A stretch of DNA of 64,000 nt from assembly GCA_036336835.1 (NCBI GenBank), contig JAYZFK010000082.1:21252-85251 (forward strand), given 5' to 3'. A model generated the notes under the pieces. The model saw only the letters and a program-made list of their open reading frames with translations, made no database searches and was not told the origin of the DNA. The position numbers and the translations under genes are program-made. Shown in pieces: positions 1-10,338 of this stretch. This DNA is from Myxococcota bacterium. GTDB lineage: Bacteria; Myxococcota_A; UBA9160; UBA4427. Every line of letters starts with the position of its first letter. Position 1 is the first letter of the stretch.

Positions 1-367
1 CCCGCGGATGGTCGCTGTCGTACCCGCGGTGGGTGGCGAGATCGAAGGCGATCGACAGTCCCTGCTGTCCCCCCGCGAGGTTCGCCTTGTAGAAGGCGTT
101 CGATTCCTCGGCGGTCGAGAAGCCTGCGTACTGGCGCAGCGTCCACGGGCGGTTGGCGTACATTGTGGCGCGCGGCCCGCGGACGAACGGCCAGAGCCCA
201 GGGGTCGTGTCCGCGTTCTCGAGCTGTTCGAGGTCGGCAGCCGTGTAGAGTGCCTTGATCTGGATGCCGTCCGGACTCGTCCAGGCGAGTTCGTCGGGCG
301 CCTGGCCCCGCAGCTCCTTCGAGGCCAGCTGCTTCCATTTGTCGAGATCGGCGCGCGACGTTGCCAT
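1..367 (-). CDS. scpA: Methylmalonyl-CoA mutase, N-terminal part (runs off window start)
   Basis: Not in the ORF track. Manual translation from ATG at 367 (GGAG upstream) gives [15 protein letters not shown]...[67 protein letters not shown], the MCM signature with RQYAGF. Confidence 0.95.
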   Translation of the reverse strand, partial: MATSRADLDKWKQLASKELRGQAPDELAWTSPDGIQIKALYTAADLEQLENADTTPGLWPFVRGPRATMYANRPWTLRQYAGFSTAEESNAFYKANLAGGQQGLSIAFDLATHRGYDSDHPR

Positions 368-473
368 GGCGGTTCTCCCGTTTGTCATCGGGGAATGTCG
401 GGCGCAGCCGGCCTCGCCCGATCCGGCCGCTCCCGGGGCACGCCTCCAGGGCTGGCGGAGCGGTCGGCCCATT

Positions 474-3400
474 CTACATCGATCGGCGGTAGCGCCCCCC
501 CACCTGGAACAGGGCGTCGCTGATCGCCCCCAGGCTCGCCACCTTCACCGTCTCCATCAGCTCCTCGAACACGTTGTCGTCAGTGAGCGCGACCCGACGC
601 AGCCGCTCGAGCGCTTTGGGCGCCGCGGCTGCATTGCGCGCCTCGAACTCGCGCAGATGCGCGAGCTGGGCGTCCTTCTCGGCGTTGCTCGAGCGCATCA
701 GCTCTCCGGGCCGAGCACTCGCGTCCTGCGCGTCCGGGTTCTCGAACATATTGACCCCCACGATCGGGAGGCTCCCGGAGTGCTTGAGCGACTCGTAGTG
801 CAGGCTCTCCTGCTGGATCTTCGAGCGCTGGTACTGCGTCTCCATCGCTCCGAGCACACCGCCGCGCTCCGAGAGCCTCTCGAACTCTCGTAGCACCGCC
901 TCCTCGACCCGGTCGGTCAGCTCGTCGATTGCGTAGGAGCCCTGGATCGCGTTCTCGCAGCTCGCAAGACCGAGCTCGCGCTGAATGATCAGCTGGATCG
1001 CCAGCGCCCGGCGAACCGACTCCTCGGTCGGTGTCGTCACGGCCTCGTCGTAGGCGTTGGTGTGCAGGCTGTTGCAGTTGTCCTGCAGGGCGGTCAGGGC
1101 CTGCAGTGTCGTCCGGATGTCATTGAACGCCATCTCCTGAGCGTGCAGCGAGCGGCCCGATGTCTGAATGTGATACTTGAGCTTCTGGCTGCGCTCGGAG
1201 GCGCCGTACTGCTCGCGCATCGCGATCGCCCAGATCCGCCGGGCGACGCGGCCAATCACGTTGTACTCGGCATCGAGCCCGTTGCTGAAGAAGAAGCTGA
1301 AGTTCGGAACGAAGGCGTCGATCTCCATCCCGCGCGAGCGGTAGTACTCGACGTAGGTAAAGCCATTGGCCAGCGTGAAGGCCAGCTGCGTGATCGGGTT
1401 CGCCCCGGCCTCGGCGATGTGGTAGCCGCTGATCGAGACCGAGTAGAAGTTGCGAACGTCGTTCTGGATGAACCAGGCCTGGATATCGCCCATCAACGCG
1501 AGCGAGAAGTCACACGAGAAGATGCAGGTGTTCTGGGCCTGATCCTCCTTCAGGATGTCCGCCTGCACGGTGCCGCGCACGCGCCGCAACACGTCGGCGC
1601 GAATGCGCGCGTAGCTCTCGGCGTCGACCGCCTCGTCGCCCCGGATCCCGAGCAGACCGAGACCGAGGCCGTCGTGGCCGGGAGGAAGCTCGTGGAGCCC
1701 GCCGCCGTAGACCGGCAGCTCCCGCCCGGCGGCGATCCGTGCGCGCACCGCCGCGAGATCGCCGCGCTCGCGAAGCTGGCGCTCGACCTGCTGGTCGACC
1801 GCCGCATTCAGGTAGCAGGCGAGGATCGTCGGCGCCGGGCCGTTGATCGTCATCGAGACCGACGTGGACGGGTCGCACAGGTCGAAGCCCGAGTAGAGCT
1901 TCTTGGCGCAGTCGAGCGTGCAGACCGAGACGCCCGAGTTGCCGACCTTGCCGTAGATGTCTGGACGCTCGTCGGGGTTGCGGCCGTAGAGCGTCACGCT
2001 GTCGAACGCGGTCGAGAGGCGGGCCGCCGGCCGGTCGGCGGACAGGAAGTGGAAGCGACGGTTGGTGCGCTCCGGGCCGCCCTCGCCGGCGAACATACGG
2101 GCCGGCTCCTCGGCCTCCCGCTTGAACGGAAACACCCCCGCCGAAAACGGGAAGTGGCCAGGCAGGTTCTCCTGACGCAGGTAGCGGGTGAGCGTCCCCC
2201 AGTCCTCGGCGCGCGGAAGCGCGACGCGCGGCAGCGGGGTGCCCGACAGCGTCTCGACGTGGTTGCGCACGCGGATCGCTCGATCGCGCACCGAGTACTC
2301 CTGCTCGCCCCTCGCGTAGGCCTCCCGCTGCGCCGGCCAGCTGTCGAGCTGCTCGCGCAACGCCGGATCGAGTCGATCTCGCGCCGCGTCTCGCGCGGCG
2401 GCGAGGGCCCCAGATGAGTCCTCGCCCGCCAGCAGCGCGCTCGCGTGCTCGAGACTCGCGGCATCGACGGCGTGCGCCGCCAGCTCTTCGGTCCGCGCGC
2501 GATACGCGCGCACGGTCTCGGCAATCTCGGCCAGGTAGCGGCGCCGGGCGCCGGGAATCATGGGCCGCACGGACGGTTCGGCTGACTCGACTGATTCGAC
2601 GGCTCGCGGTACAGCGGCCCGCTGCGGTGCGCCCGCCGCGGGCTGCGCGAACCCTGCGCCACCGGCCGCCGCGACACGCTGGCGCAACTCCTCGTACAGG
2701 ACGTCGGTTCCCGGGTCGCTCCAGTCCCGCGCCGTCGTCGGGTAGACGGGCAGCTCCTCGTCGGGCGCGTCGAACGCCGAGTGATTGCGACGCCACTGCT
2801 TGCGAACGTCACGCAAGGCGTCGAGCCCGCCCTGACGATCGAGCTTGTTGAGCACGACGAGGTCCGCCAGCTCGAGCATGTCGATCTTCTCGAGCTGCGA
2901 CGGCGCGCCGTATTCGGGCGTCATGACGTAGAGCGACAGATCGACCAGATCGACGATCTCGGAATCGCTCTGCCCGATGCCTGCTGTCTCGACGAAGATC
3001 AGGTCGTAGCCGGCGGCGCGCAGCACGAGCACCGAATCCCGGACGGCGCGCGCAAGCGCGAGGTGCGCCTGCCGGGTGGCCAGCGAGCGCGCGTAGATTC
3101 GCGGTGCGTGGATCGCGTTCATACGGATACGATCTCCGAGTAATGCGCCTCCCGAGCGGCGCCGTGTCGGATCGACCAGCACGAGCCCGACACTGCACTC
3201 CGGGAAGTCGCCCCGGAAGCGGCGCACCAGCTCGTCGACGACGCTCGACTTGCCGGCACCGCCGGTGCCGGTGAAGCCGACGACCACCGAGTGGCCGTCG
3301 TCGCGCGCGGCCAGCTGCTCGCGCAGGGCCGCGATCTCCGCCTGCCCATCGCCCGCGCATGCGTCCTCCATCCAGCTGATCAGCCTTGCGACCGCGCCGG

Positions 3401-3902
3401 GATCCTCCGGAGAGGCGCGCTGGGGCTCGTCGCCGATACGCTCGACGGTCCGCCGATCGCACTCAGCGGTGATCACCTTGACCATGCCCTCGAGCCCGAG
3501 GGCACGGCCGTCCTCGGGAGTGAAGATCCGCGCCACGCCATAGGCCTGCAAGGCCTCGATCTCGTCGGGCAGGATCGTGCCCCCGCCGCCTCCGTAGACG
3601 CGTACGTGGCCGGCGCCGCGCTCGCGCAGCCGGTCGATCATGTAGCGGAAGAACTCGTTGTGCCCGCCCTGGTAGGACGACACCGCGATCGCGTGCGCGT
3701 CCTCCTGGATCGCGGCCTCGACGATCTCGTCGACCGAGCGGTCGTGGCCCAGATGGATCACCTCCGCACCCTGGCTCTGCAGGATGCGCCGGATGATGTT
3801 GATCGCTGCGTCGTGCCCATCGAATAGCGACGCGGCGGTCACCACGCGCACGCGCCAGGACCGCGGATCTCGCGCCCCAGAATCGGAGGCCGCGCCGCTC
3901 AC
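474..3902 (-). CDS. icmF: Fused isobutyryl-CoA mutase / MeaB-like GTPase
   Basis: N-terminal B12-binding domain ([13 protein letters not shown]), MeaB P-loop (GTGGAGKSS), mutase barrel ([41 protein letters not shown]). GTG at 3902 overlaps the merR stop (GTGA). Confidence 0.95.
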   Translation of the reverse strand: MSGAASDSGARDPRSWRVRVVTAASLFDGHDAAINIIRRILQSQGAEVIHLGHDRSVDEIVEAAIQEDAHAIAVSSYQGGHNEFFRYMIDRLRERGAGHVRVYGGGGGTILPDEIEALQAYGVARIFTPEDGRALGLEGMVKVITAECDRRTVERIGDEPQRASPEDPGAVARLISWMEDACAGDGQAEIAALREQLAARDDGHSVVVGFTGTGGAGKSSVVDELVRRFRGDFPECSVGLVLVDPTRRRSGGALLGDRIRMNAIHAPRIYARSLATRQAHLALARAVRDSVLVLRAAGYDLIFVETAGIGQSDSEIVDLVDLSLYVMTPEYGAPSQLEKIDMLELADLVVLNKLDRQGGLDALRDVRKQWRRNHSAFDAPDEELPVYPTTARDWSDPGTDVLYEELRQRVAAAGGAGFAQPAAGAPQRAAVPRAVESVESAEPSVRPMIPGARRRYLAEIAETVRAYRARTEELAAHAVDAASLEHASALLAGEDSSGALAAARDAARDRLDPALREQLDSWPAQREAYARGEQEYSVRDRAIRVRNHVETLSGTPLPRVALPRAEDWGTLTRYLRQENLPGHFPFSAGVFPFKREAEEPARMFAGEGGPERTNRRFHFLSADRPAARLSTAFDSVTLYGRNPDERPDIYGKVGNSGVSVCTLDCAKKLYSGFDLCDPSTSVSMTINGPAPTILACYLNAAVDQQVERQLRERGDLAAVRARIAAGRELPVYGGGLHELPPGHDGLGLGLLGIRGDEAVDAESYARIRADVLRRVRGTVQADILKEDQAQNTCIFSCDFSLALMGDIQAWFIQNDVRNFYSVSISGYHIAEAGANPITQLAFTLANGFTYVEYYRSRGMEIDAFVPNFSFFFSNGLDAEYNVIGRVARRIWAIAMREQYGASERSQKLKYHIQTSGRSLHAQEMAFNDIRTTLQALTALQDNCNSLHTNAYDEAVTTPTEESVRRALAIQLIIQRELGLASCENAIQGSYAIDELTDRVEEAVLREFERLSERGGVLGAMETQYQRSKIQQESLHYESLKHSGSLPIVGVNMFENPDAQDASARPGELMRSSNAEKDAQLAHLREFEARNAAAAPKALERLRRVALTDDNVFEELMETVKVASLGAISDALFQVGGRYRRSM

Positions 3903-4315
3903 GAGCTTCGCCCCCGCGGCGCCCCAGCGAGCGATTCGCTGCGGCTCGCCACATGCTCTCGGTACTTGCTCATCTCGTCGCGCAGCTGCTGGAGCTCCGC
4001 GATGCGGGCATCGAGCTCGCCGAGCCGGTCGTCGAGCTGCCTGGCGAGCCGCTCCAGCATCGCCCGGGTCGAGCCGCCGATTGCATAGATCGCGTTGAGC
4101 TCTTTGATCTCCGCCAGCGAAAGCCCGAGCGCCTTCAGGCGGCCGATGAAGCGCAGGCGCTCGAGCTCGTCGGCCCCATAGACGCGTCGGCCGCCAGCGC
4201 GCCGACGCACGCCCGGCAGCAGGCCCAGCTCTTCGTAGTAGCGCACCGTACGCGCGGACAGTCCGGTCTGACGGCAGACCGCACCAATCTCCTCGGTGAT
4301 GTCTTCCCGGGCCAC
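3899..4315 (-). CDS. MerR-family (LiuR-like) transcriptional regulator
   Basis: IGAVCRQTGLSARTVRYYEELGLLP...RRVY HTH followed by a coiled coil; first gene ahead of icmF. Confidence 0.9.
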   Translation of the reverse strand: MAREDITEEIGAVCRQTGLSARTVRYYEELGLLPGVRRRAGGRRVYGADELERLRFIGRLKALGLSLAEIKELNAIYAIGGSTRAMLERLARQLDDRLGELDARIAELQQLRDEMSKYREHVASRSESLAGAPRGRSS

Positions 4316-4354
4316 ACGTTCCTCCCTGGATCGACCGACTCATCGGCTAGTTCG

Positions 4355-4372
4355 CCAGTTTACGTAAGCTGG
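4355..4372. promoter_or_regulatory. Palindromic operator CCAGTTTACGTAAGCTGG, candidate MerR/LiuR site
   Basis: 16 of 18 positions are self-complementary, with a TTACGTAA core, about 40 bp upstream of the merR start. Confidence 0.6.
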
Positions 4373-4503
4373 GATTCATCGCTACCCCGCGGGGATTGAG
4401 ATTGATCCGTACTGGCGCCCCGAGCAACCCCAGCCACTTGCTGGCCGCTGCCAGGTGGCGGCGGTAGCCTGCACCGCCCCGTCCCCCGTCTGGCGCCCGA
4501 TTC

Positions 4504-5571
4504 ATGAAGATCCTCTACGTCGGCGATCTCGATCCCGCGGGCACCTGCAAGGCGCGGTGCGATGCGCTGCAGGTGCTCGAGCCCGATCTTCACGGGTTCG
4601 ATATCGGCGATGCCTTCGCCTGGAGCGCGCGTCCCCGACTGCAGCGCCAGCTCGAAGAGCACCTGCGTGCCGGTCCGAATCAGCGCCGTGCCAATGCCGC
4701 GCTGATCGATCGTTGCGCGATGCTGCAGCCAGACCTGGTCTGGATCGACAACGGCGACTGGATCTCGTCGGGGACCCTGCGCACACTGCGTGGCCTCGGT
4801 TGCTTCCTGGTCCACCACATCACCGATTCGCTCTACACGCTCGACCGGCGCGTGCGCTGGCTCCGGCGCCTGCTGCGTAGCACCGCTGCGGACTACGACG
4901 TCTTCTTCACGACCAACGTCGACGATTGCGAGCGACTCGCCAGCTCCGAACCGCCGAAGGCCCTGCTCACCGATCTGGGGCACGACCACCGGCGCTTCGA
5001 GCCGAGCCCGCTGTCGCCAGAGCTCGCCGCGCGCTGGAGCAGCGAGCTCATCTTCATCGGCCACTACGAGTCCGAGACCGAGGACCGCATCCTTGCACTG
5101 CTCGAGGCAGGCCTGCCGGTGCAGGTCTACGGAGACGTGCGCTGGTTCCGCTCGAGCCGGCGGGCGCTCCTGGGCGACAACCTGCACGAGCGGCTCTCGA
5201 GCGAGGACTACGTGTACGCGCTCAAGGGAACCAAGATCGGGCTCTGCTTCGTGTCGACCATGAACTACAACCAGACCGCCTCGCGCAGCTTCGAGATCAC
5301 TGGCTGCGGCAGCTTCCTGCTCGCGGTGCGAACGCCTCAGCACCTCGAGTGCTTCGAAGAGGGGCATGAGGCCGACTTCTTCGGCGATCACGCCGAGCTG
5401 GTCGAGAAGGCGCGCAAGTACCTCGAGCACGATGCGCTGCGCGAGCAGATTGCGCGGCGCGGCTACGAGCGCAGCGAGGCCTCGGGCTACTCGTGGGGGG
5501 CGTTGATGAAGCGCGACTGGCCGCGGGTGCTCGAGGTCTATCGTGCGCGTGCCGCAGCGTCTCAGCCGTAG
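4504..5571 (+). CDS. CgeB/YkvP-like glycosyltransferase
   Basis: GT-B-like: FIGHYE, KIGLCF, RSFEITGCGSFLL, REQIARRGYER. Convergent with era, overlapping by 10 nt. Confidence 0.8.
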   Translation: MKILYVGDLDPAGTCKARCDALQVLEPDLHGFDIGDAFAWSARPRLQRQLEEHLRAGPNQRRANAALIDRCAMLQPDLVWIDNGDWISSGTLRTLRGLGCFLVHHITDSLYTLDRRVRWLRRLLRSTAADYDVFFTTNVDDCERLASSEPPKALLTDLGHDHRRFEPSPLSPELAARWSSELIFIGHYESETEDRILALLEAGLPVQVYGDVRWFRSSRRALLGDNLHERLSSEDYVYALKGTKIGLCFVSTMNYNQTASRSFEITGCGSFLLAVRTPQHLECFEEGHEADFFGDHAELVEKARKYLEHDALREQIARRGYERSEASGYSWGALMKRDWPRVLEVYRARAAASQP

Positions 5572-6452
5572 CCGAGATCCTCGATCCGCTCCTTGTCCTT
5601 GGCCCAGCGCGGGTCGACCTTGACCCACAGATCGAGATGAACCCGGGTGCCGAGCAGCGCCTCGATCGCGCGCCGCGCCCTCACGCCGATGCGCTTGATC
5701 TGGCGACCGCCGCTGCCGATGACGATGCGCTTCTGCGAGTTGCGAACCACGAGCAGGTTGGCTCGAAGCTTCACCAGGTCGGCACGGCTCTCGTCGAACT
5801 CGATCACTTCGACGGCCATGCCGTACGGGAGCTCCTGCTCGAGCTCCTCGAACAGCGCCTCGCGCACGAGCTCGGCGGCGAGCCAGCGCAGGGGACGATC
5901 GGTGAGATCGTCTTCGGGATACAGCGGAGGCGACTCGGGCAGCTGGGCCACGATCGTCTCGAGCAGTGCGGGGATGCCGTCGCCGGTGCGCGCCGACACG
6001 CTGTGATGGGCGAGCAGCTCGCCGGCCGCCGCCGGCGGCCAGGCGGGGTCCTCGAGAGCCTGGAGATCCAGCTTGTTGCCGACCAGGATCGCGGGGGTCT
6101 CCGCGTCGCACAGCGCTCGGATCAGCTCGTCGTGATCGGGTGTCCAGCCGCGCCCGAGATCCACGAGCACCAGTGCGAGCTCGCAGTTGCGAACCGTCTC
6201 TGCAACAGCCTCGTTGAGCACTGTGTTGAGTAGCTTTCCACCATGGTGCAGACCCGGCGTGTCGATGAACACGATTTGAGCGCCGGGCAGCGAGTGGATC
6301 CCGAGGATGCGGCTGCGCGTGGTCTGTGGCTTCGCCGTCACGATCGCGAGCTTCTGGCCGAGCACCCTGTTGAGCAGCGTCGACTTTCCGGCGTTCGGCG
6401 GGCCGAGCAGCGCGACGATTCCCGCGCGGTGAGCGTGCTCCTCCGGGCTCAC
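5562..6452 (-). CDS. era: GTPase Era
   Basis: GPPNAGKSTL, KPQTTR, DTPG, NKLD and a C-terminal KH domain (IVIGSGG). Confidence 0.97.
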   Translation of the reverse strand: MSPEEHAHRAGIVALLGPPNAGKSTLLNRVLGQKLAIVTAKPQTTRSRILGIHSLPGAQIVFIDTPGLHHGGKLLNTVLNEAVAETVRNCELALVLVDLGRGWTPDHDELIRALCDAETPAILVGNKLDLQALEDPAWPPAAAGELLAHHSVSARTGDGIPALLETIVAQLPESPPLYPEDDLTDRPLRWLAAELVREALFEELEQELPYGMAVEVIEFDESRADLVKLRANLLVVRNSQKRIVIGSGGRQIKRIGVRARRAIEALLGTRVHLDLWVKVDPRWAKDKERIEDLGYG

Positions 6453-6601
6453 GGGATTCCGGCTGGCTCGATGTCGAAGTTGTGGTTCACGAGTGCCACA
6501 GGTAGCGCAGCCGAGCCGCAGCGCGGCGTGCGCAGCTCGAGGCGCACGCCCCCCGGGATCTCCACGGGTTGCAGCGCATCCAGCAAGCCGCTCGCGCTCA
6601 C
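6449..6601 (-). CDS. Small hypothetical ORF (50 aa)
   Basis: GTG at 6601 to TGA overlapping the era start (GTGA); fills the gap between the upstream gene and era: MSASGLLDALQPVEIPGGVRLELRTPRCGSAALPVALVNHNFDIEPAGIP. Confidence 0.35.
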   Translation of the reverse strand: MSASGLLDALQPVEIPGGVRLELRTPRCGSAALPVALVNHNFDIEPAGIP

Positions 6602-6605
6602 CGAA

Positions 6606-7325
6606 TCACTCGCTCGCCGCGCGTCCCTCGATCTGCCGATAGGCCGAGGCCCACATCAGGTAGTTGATCGCGATGGCCGGGATGACACCCACGACGAGCG
6701 CCAGTACACCTGCGAGCACGACCACCGAGGTGACCAGGACCAGGACCGGGAACACCCACGCTTTCACCCTCCCCGTCGCAGACCAGGCCGCCTGCAGCGC
6801 CTCGATCCCGCCCATGTCCTGATCGACGATGTAGAAGAAGCACAGCGTGAGCCGCGGAGCCACGAAGAACGCAAATCCGAGGCTCAGCAGGGAGCCGATC
6901 CCAGTCAGCAGCGCGCTCCCGATGTGGGTACCAACCATCTGGACCGACTGGAAAGCCAGGTTGATCAGCACGATCGCGACGATGGCGATGAGCACCGATG
7001 CGAGCACTTCCGAGTAGCGCGAGAACCCGGCGAACAGATCGCCAAACTCGGCCTCCCCGTCGTACATGCGCAGCACGAACAGGTAGGAACCCCAGACCAG
7101 ATGGGGCAGCAGCAGCGGAATGCCGAGCAGCGTGAACGCCGCGAGACTCGTGGCCGTCAGCCCGACGAACCCCACGCCGAGCCAGAGCGGAAAATTCTCC
7201 CAGGTCGCTGTCCAGGCTTCCGACAGACAGCGACCGACGTCGATATCGGCGCTTTCGGCACTCCGACCATACGCGGAGTCGGGGTGAAGGTCGGCAGACG
7301 GCGGCACATACGGGTTCTCGTTCAT
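6606..7325 (-). CDS. Integral membrane protein (DUF975-like)
   Basis: MNENPYVPPS start, about 5 hydrophobic segments, FGDLFAGF and IEALQAAW motifs. Confidence 0.75.
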   Translation of the reverse strand: MNENPYVPPSADLHPDSAYGRSAESADIDVGRCLSEAWTATWENFPLWLGVGFVGLTATSLAAFTLLGIPLLLPHLVWGSYLFVLRMYDGEAEFGDLFAGFSRYSEVLASVLIAIVAIVLINLAFQSVQMVGTHIGSALLTGIGSLLSLGFAFFVAPRLTLCFFYIVDQDMGGIEALQAAWSATGRVKAWVFPVLVLVTSVVVLAGVLALVVGVIPAIAINYLMWASAYRQIEGRAASE

Positions 7326-7387
7326 CGGTCCCCGATAGGCGACGGGCTCGGACGCAACGTCCGGGGCATAGCGTATCACGCAACCGC

Positions 7388-8122
7388 CTAGCGAACCTCT
7401 TCGTCCTCTGGCAGCGTGGCGAGCATCGTTTCGGCGGCAAGGCGCTCGGCGGCCCGCTTCGAGCGACCGCTTCCACGGGCGCTCTGACCCGAAGCCAGCC
7501 AAACCTCGACGATGAACCGCTCGTCATCGCCCTCGATGTCCGAGTCGCTGACCAGCGAGTAGCGAGGGAGATCTCCCCAGCATGCGACGGCCAGCTCCTG
7601 CAGCTCGGTCTTCGGGTCGCGGCCGGTGCGCTCCGCGCCCGGTTGGAAGGAGTCCGGGAACGCCCTCTCGACGAGCTCGCCGATGACGTCGAGGCCCCCG
7701 TCGAGGAACATCGCGCCGATCACCGCCTCCATCGCATTGGCCAGGATCCGCTGCTTGACTGCACCTCCCGATCGAAGCTCGGTGCGCCCGAGCTCGATCA
7801 CCTCCGAAAGCGCCAGTCGTGTGGCGAGCCGGGCCAGAGCGTGCGTGTCCACCAGGCCGTGGAGCCCACGCGTCAGGTCGCCCTCCGCCCACTCGTCGTG
7901 GGCCGCGAACAGGCGATGTGCCACCGCCAGACCGACCACCGAGTCGCCGAGGAACTCGAGCCGCTCATTGCTCTCGAGAACGGCGTCCTCGTTGGCGCGC
8001 GAGGCGTGGCGAAGCGCCGTTGCGAGCAGCGAGCGGTCGCGAAAGTGATAGCCGAGACGCTCCTCGAAGCCGGCGAGATCTCGGGCGGGCGGCTCGCTCA
8101 AGAGGCGTTCCGCGCGAGCCAT
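7388..8122 (-). CDS. rnc: Ribonuclease III
   Basis: NERLEFLGDSV signature and a C-terminal dsRBD (DPKTELQE...GRSKRAAERLAA). Confidence 0.97.
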   Translation of the reverse strand: MARAERLLSEPPARDLAGFEERLGYHFRDRSLLATALRHASRANEDAVLESNERLEFLGDSVVGLAVAHRLFAAHDEWAEGDLTRGLHGLVDTHALARLATRLALSEVIELGRTELRSGGAVKQRILANAMEAVIGAMFLDGGLDVIGELVERAFPDSFQPGAERTGRDPKTELQELAVACWGDLPRYSLVSDSDIEGDDERFIVEVWLASGQSARGSGRSKRAAERLAAETMLATLPEDEEVR

Positions 8123-9177
8123 CCACCGCCCAGCAGCTCCTCGCCGCGTTCGGCGTCGTAGAAGACGGCGGCCTGCCCGGGCGAGACGGCCGCCACCGGC
8201 TCCTCGAACTGCACCCGCACCTCGCCTCCCCCGACCGGTTCGACCACCGCAAGGGCCCCGGCGTGGCGATAGCGGACCCGCACGCGCGCCCGTCGCGCCG
8301 TGCGCGGCGCCGCTCCGGCGACCCAGCTCACCTGGCAGACACGCGCCCGTCGGGTCTCGATCTCGCTGCGGGAGCCGACGACGACGCGACGTGATGCGGG
8401 CTCGAGTCGCGTCACGTAGCGCGGCTCGCTCGAGGCAATGCCGAGCCCCTTGCGCTGTCCCACGGTGAATCGATGCACGCCATCGTGCCGGCCCAGCACA
8501 CGTCCTCCCGCGTCGACGATCTCGCCGCCCCGCTCGGTTGCGGCCGGCCGGATCGACTCGACGACCCGGGCGTAGTCACCATCGGGAACGAAGCAGATCT
8601 CCTGGCTCTCGGGCTTGTCGGCTGTCGCCAGCCCGAGCGCACGCGCGCGCTCGCGGACCTGCGACTTGCGCAGCTCGCCGAGAGGGAACCACGCCCGTTC
8701 GAGCTGCTCCTGATCCAGCTGGAACAGGAAGTACGTCTGGTCCTTGTCGTCGTCGAGCGCGCGCCACAGCCGCATGCGGCCGGTCGTCGGATCGCAATCG
8801 AGGCGAGCGTAGTGCCCCGTCGCCACACGGTCTGCCCCGAAGACCTTCGCACGCTCGAGCAGGTGATCGAACTTGAAGCGCTTGTTGCACGTCACACACG
8901 GAATCGGTGTCTCGCCTGCGAGGTAGGCATCAGCAAACGGCTCGATTACCTCCTTGCGGAACTCTTCGGTGTAGTTGGCCACGTAGAACTTGATCCCGAG
9001 GCGCTCGGCGACCCGGCGCGCATCGTCCGCGTCGTCGAGCGAGCAGCAACGTGATCCACTGCCCGCAAGGTGCATGGTGACGCCGATCGTCTCCACGCCG
9101 GTCTCGGCGACCAGCGCCGCTGCCAACGACGAATCGACGCCGCCCGACATCGCGACTACGACGCGCGCCGGGTTCAT
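8098..9177 (-). CDS. mnmA: tRNA 2-thiouridylase
   Basis: AMSGGVDSS, PCVTCN, ATGHYA, KDQTYFL, ESQEICF, PGQAAVFY. Confidence 0.97.
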   Translation of the reverse strand: MNPARVVVAMSGGVDSSLAAALVAETGVETIGVTMHLAGSGSRCCSLDDADDARRVAERLGIKFYVANYTEEFRKEVIEPFADAYLAGETPIPCVTCNKRFKFDHLLERAKVFGADRVATGHYARLDCDPTTGRMRLWRALDDDKDQTYFLFQLDQEQLERAWFPLGELRKSQVRERARALGLATADKPESQEICFVPDGDYARVVESIRPAATERGGEIVDAGGRVLGRHDGVHRFTVGQRKGLGIASSEPRYVTRLEPASRRVVVGSRSEIETRRARVCQVSWVAGAAPRTARRARVRVRYRHAGALAVVEPVGGGEVRVQFEEPVAAVSPGQAAVFYDAERGEELLGGGWLARNAS

Positions 9178-10328
9178 GCTCCGACCGCCTGGCGCACGCG
9201 CGGGACCAGCTCGACCAGATGGCCGATCACCTCGTCGATCTGGGCTTCGTCGTTGCCCCAGCCGACCGACAGGCGCAGTGTCGCGCGCGCCTGCTCGGGG
9301 GTGCGGCCCATGGCGCTGAGCACGTGCGACGGAGTGACGGAGCCCGAGTGGCAGGCGGCCCCGGCCGAGGCCGCTACACCCGCGAGATCGAGCGCTTGGA
9401 GCAGCATCTCGCCGGCGGCTCCAGCGAACTCGACGCTGAGTGTATTGGGCAGGATTCCGTCGGGGTCCGCGTCACCCGCATTCCAGCGAAGGTCGGGCAG
9501 CTTGCCCGCGAGTCCTTGCCACAGCCGGTCGCGCAGCCCGCGGTAGTGCTCGATGCGCGCGCCCAGCTCCGCGGTGGCGAGCTCGCAGGCAGCGCCGAGG
9601 CCCGCGATGCCGGCCACATTCTCGGTGCCCCCCCGCGCGCGCCGCTCCTGCGGCCCCCCGCACAGTAGCGGCGGCAGGACGGGCGCGTCGCGGGCGACCA
9701 GCGCGCCCGTGCCTTTTGGTCCGTTCAGCTTGTGTGCCGAACACGACAGCCAGTGGGCACCAACCGCCCCGAGGTCCACCGGCGTCTTGCCGAGAGCCTG
9801 GGTTGCATCGACGTGGAGCCACGACCCGGCAGCGCGCACGCGCTCGGCGATCGGCTCCATCGGCTGTAGCACTCCCGTCTCGTTGTTGGCCCAGATTACG
9901 CTCACCAGCGCCGGCGCGCCGGCGAGCGCCCCGCTGAGCTCGCCCAGGTCGAGACGTCCGTTTGCATCGACGCCGAGCCAGGTGACCGCAATCCCCTCTC
10001 TCTCGAGGGCCGCCGCGGGCTCGGTCACCGACGGGTGCTCGATCGCCGTCGTGATCAGCCGACGCCAGGGTGTCTCCGCGGAGCGCAGCGACTGGATCAC
10101 GGCATTGTTCGCTTCGGTCGCACCTGCCGTGAAGGTCACGTCAGCCGCTTCGCACCCGACCGCGCGCGCCACCTGCTCTCGCGCACGGTCGACGATGCGC
10201 CGCGCCGCCGCGCCCTCCTGGTGGGTGCTCGACGGATTGCCGAAGACCTCGCCCAGCACCGGCGCCATCACGTCCAGCACCTCGGCACGCAGCGGCGTGG
10301 TGGCGTTGTGATCGAGGTAGACCCGCAT
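9174..10328 (-). CDS. iscS: Cysteine desulfurase (IscS/NifS family)
   Basis: YLDHNATTP, SAHKLNGPKG (PLP lysine), GGTENV, SAGAACHSG; ATG at 10328. Confidence 0.93.
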   Translation of the reverse strand: MRVYLDHNATTPLRAEVLDVMAPVLGEVFGNPSSTHQEGAAARRIVDRAREQVARAVGCEAADVTFTAGATEANNAVIQSLRSAETPWRRLITTAIEHPSVTEPAAALEREGIAVTWLGVDANGRLDLGELSGALAGAPALVSVIWANNETGVLQPMEPIAERVRAAGSWLHVDATQALGKTPVDLGAVGAHWLSCSAHKLNGPKGTGALVARDAPVLPPLLCGGPQERRARGGTENVAGIAGLGAACELATAELGARIEHYRGLRDRLWQGLAGKLPDLRWNAGDADPDGILPNTLSVEFAGAAGEMLLQALDLAGVAASAGAACHSGSVTPSHVLSAMGRTPEQARATLRLSVGWGNDEAQIDEVIGHLVELVPRVRQAVGA

Positions 10329-10338
10329 CGGGCCCAAG

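Noticed and set aside
3903..4343. N-terminal extension of the 1289-aa icmF ORF, suggesting a novel fusion
   Set aside because: The region encodes the MerR regulator in another frame; icmF homology starts near the GTG at 3902.
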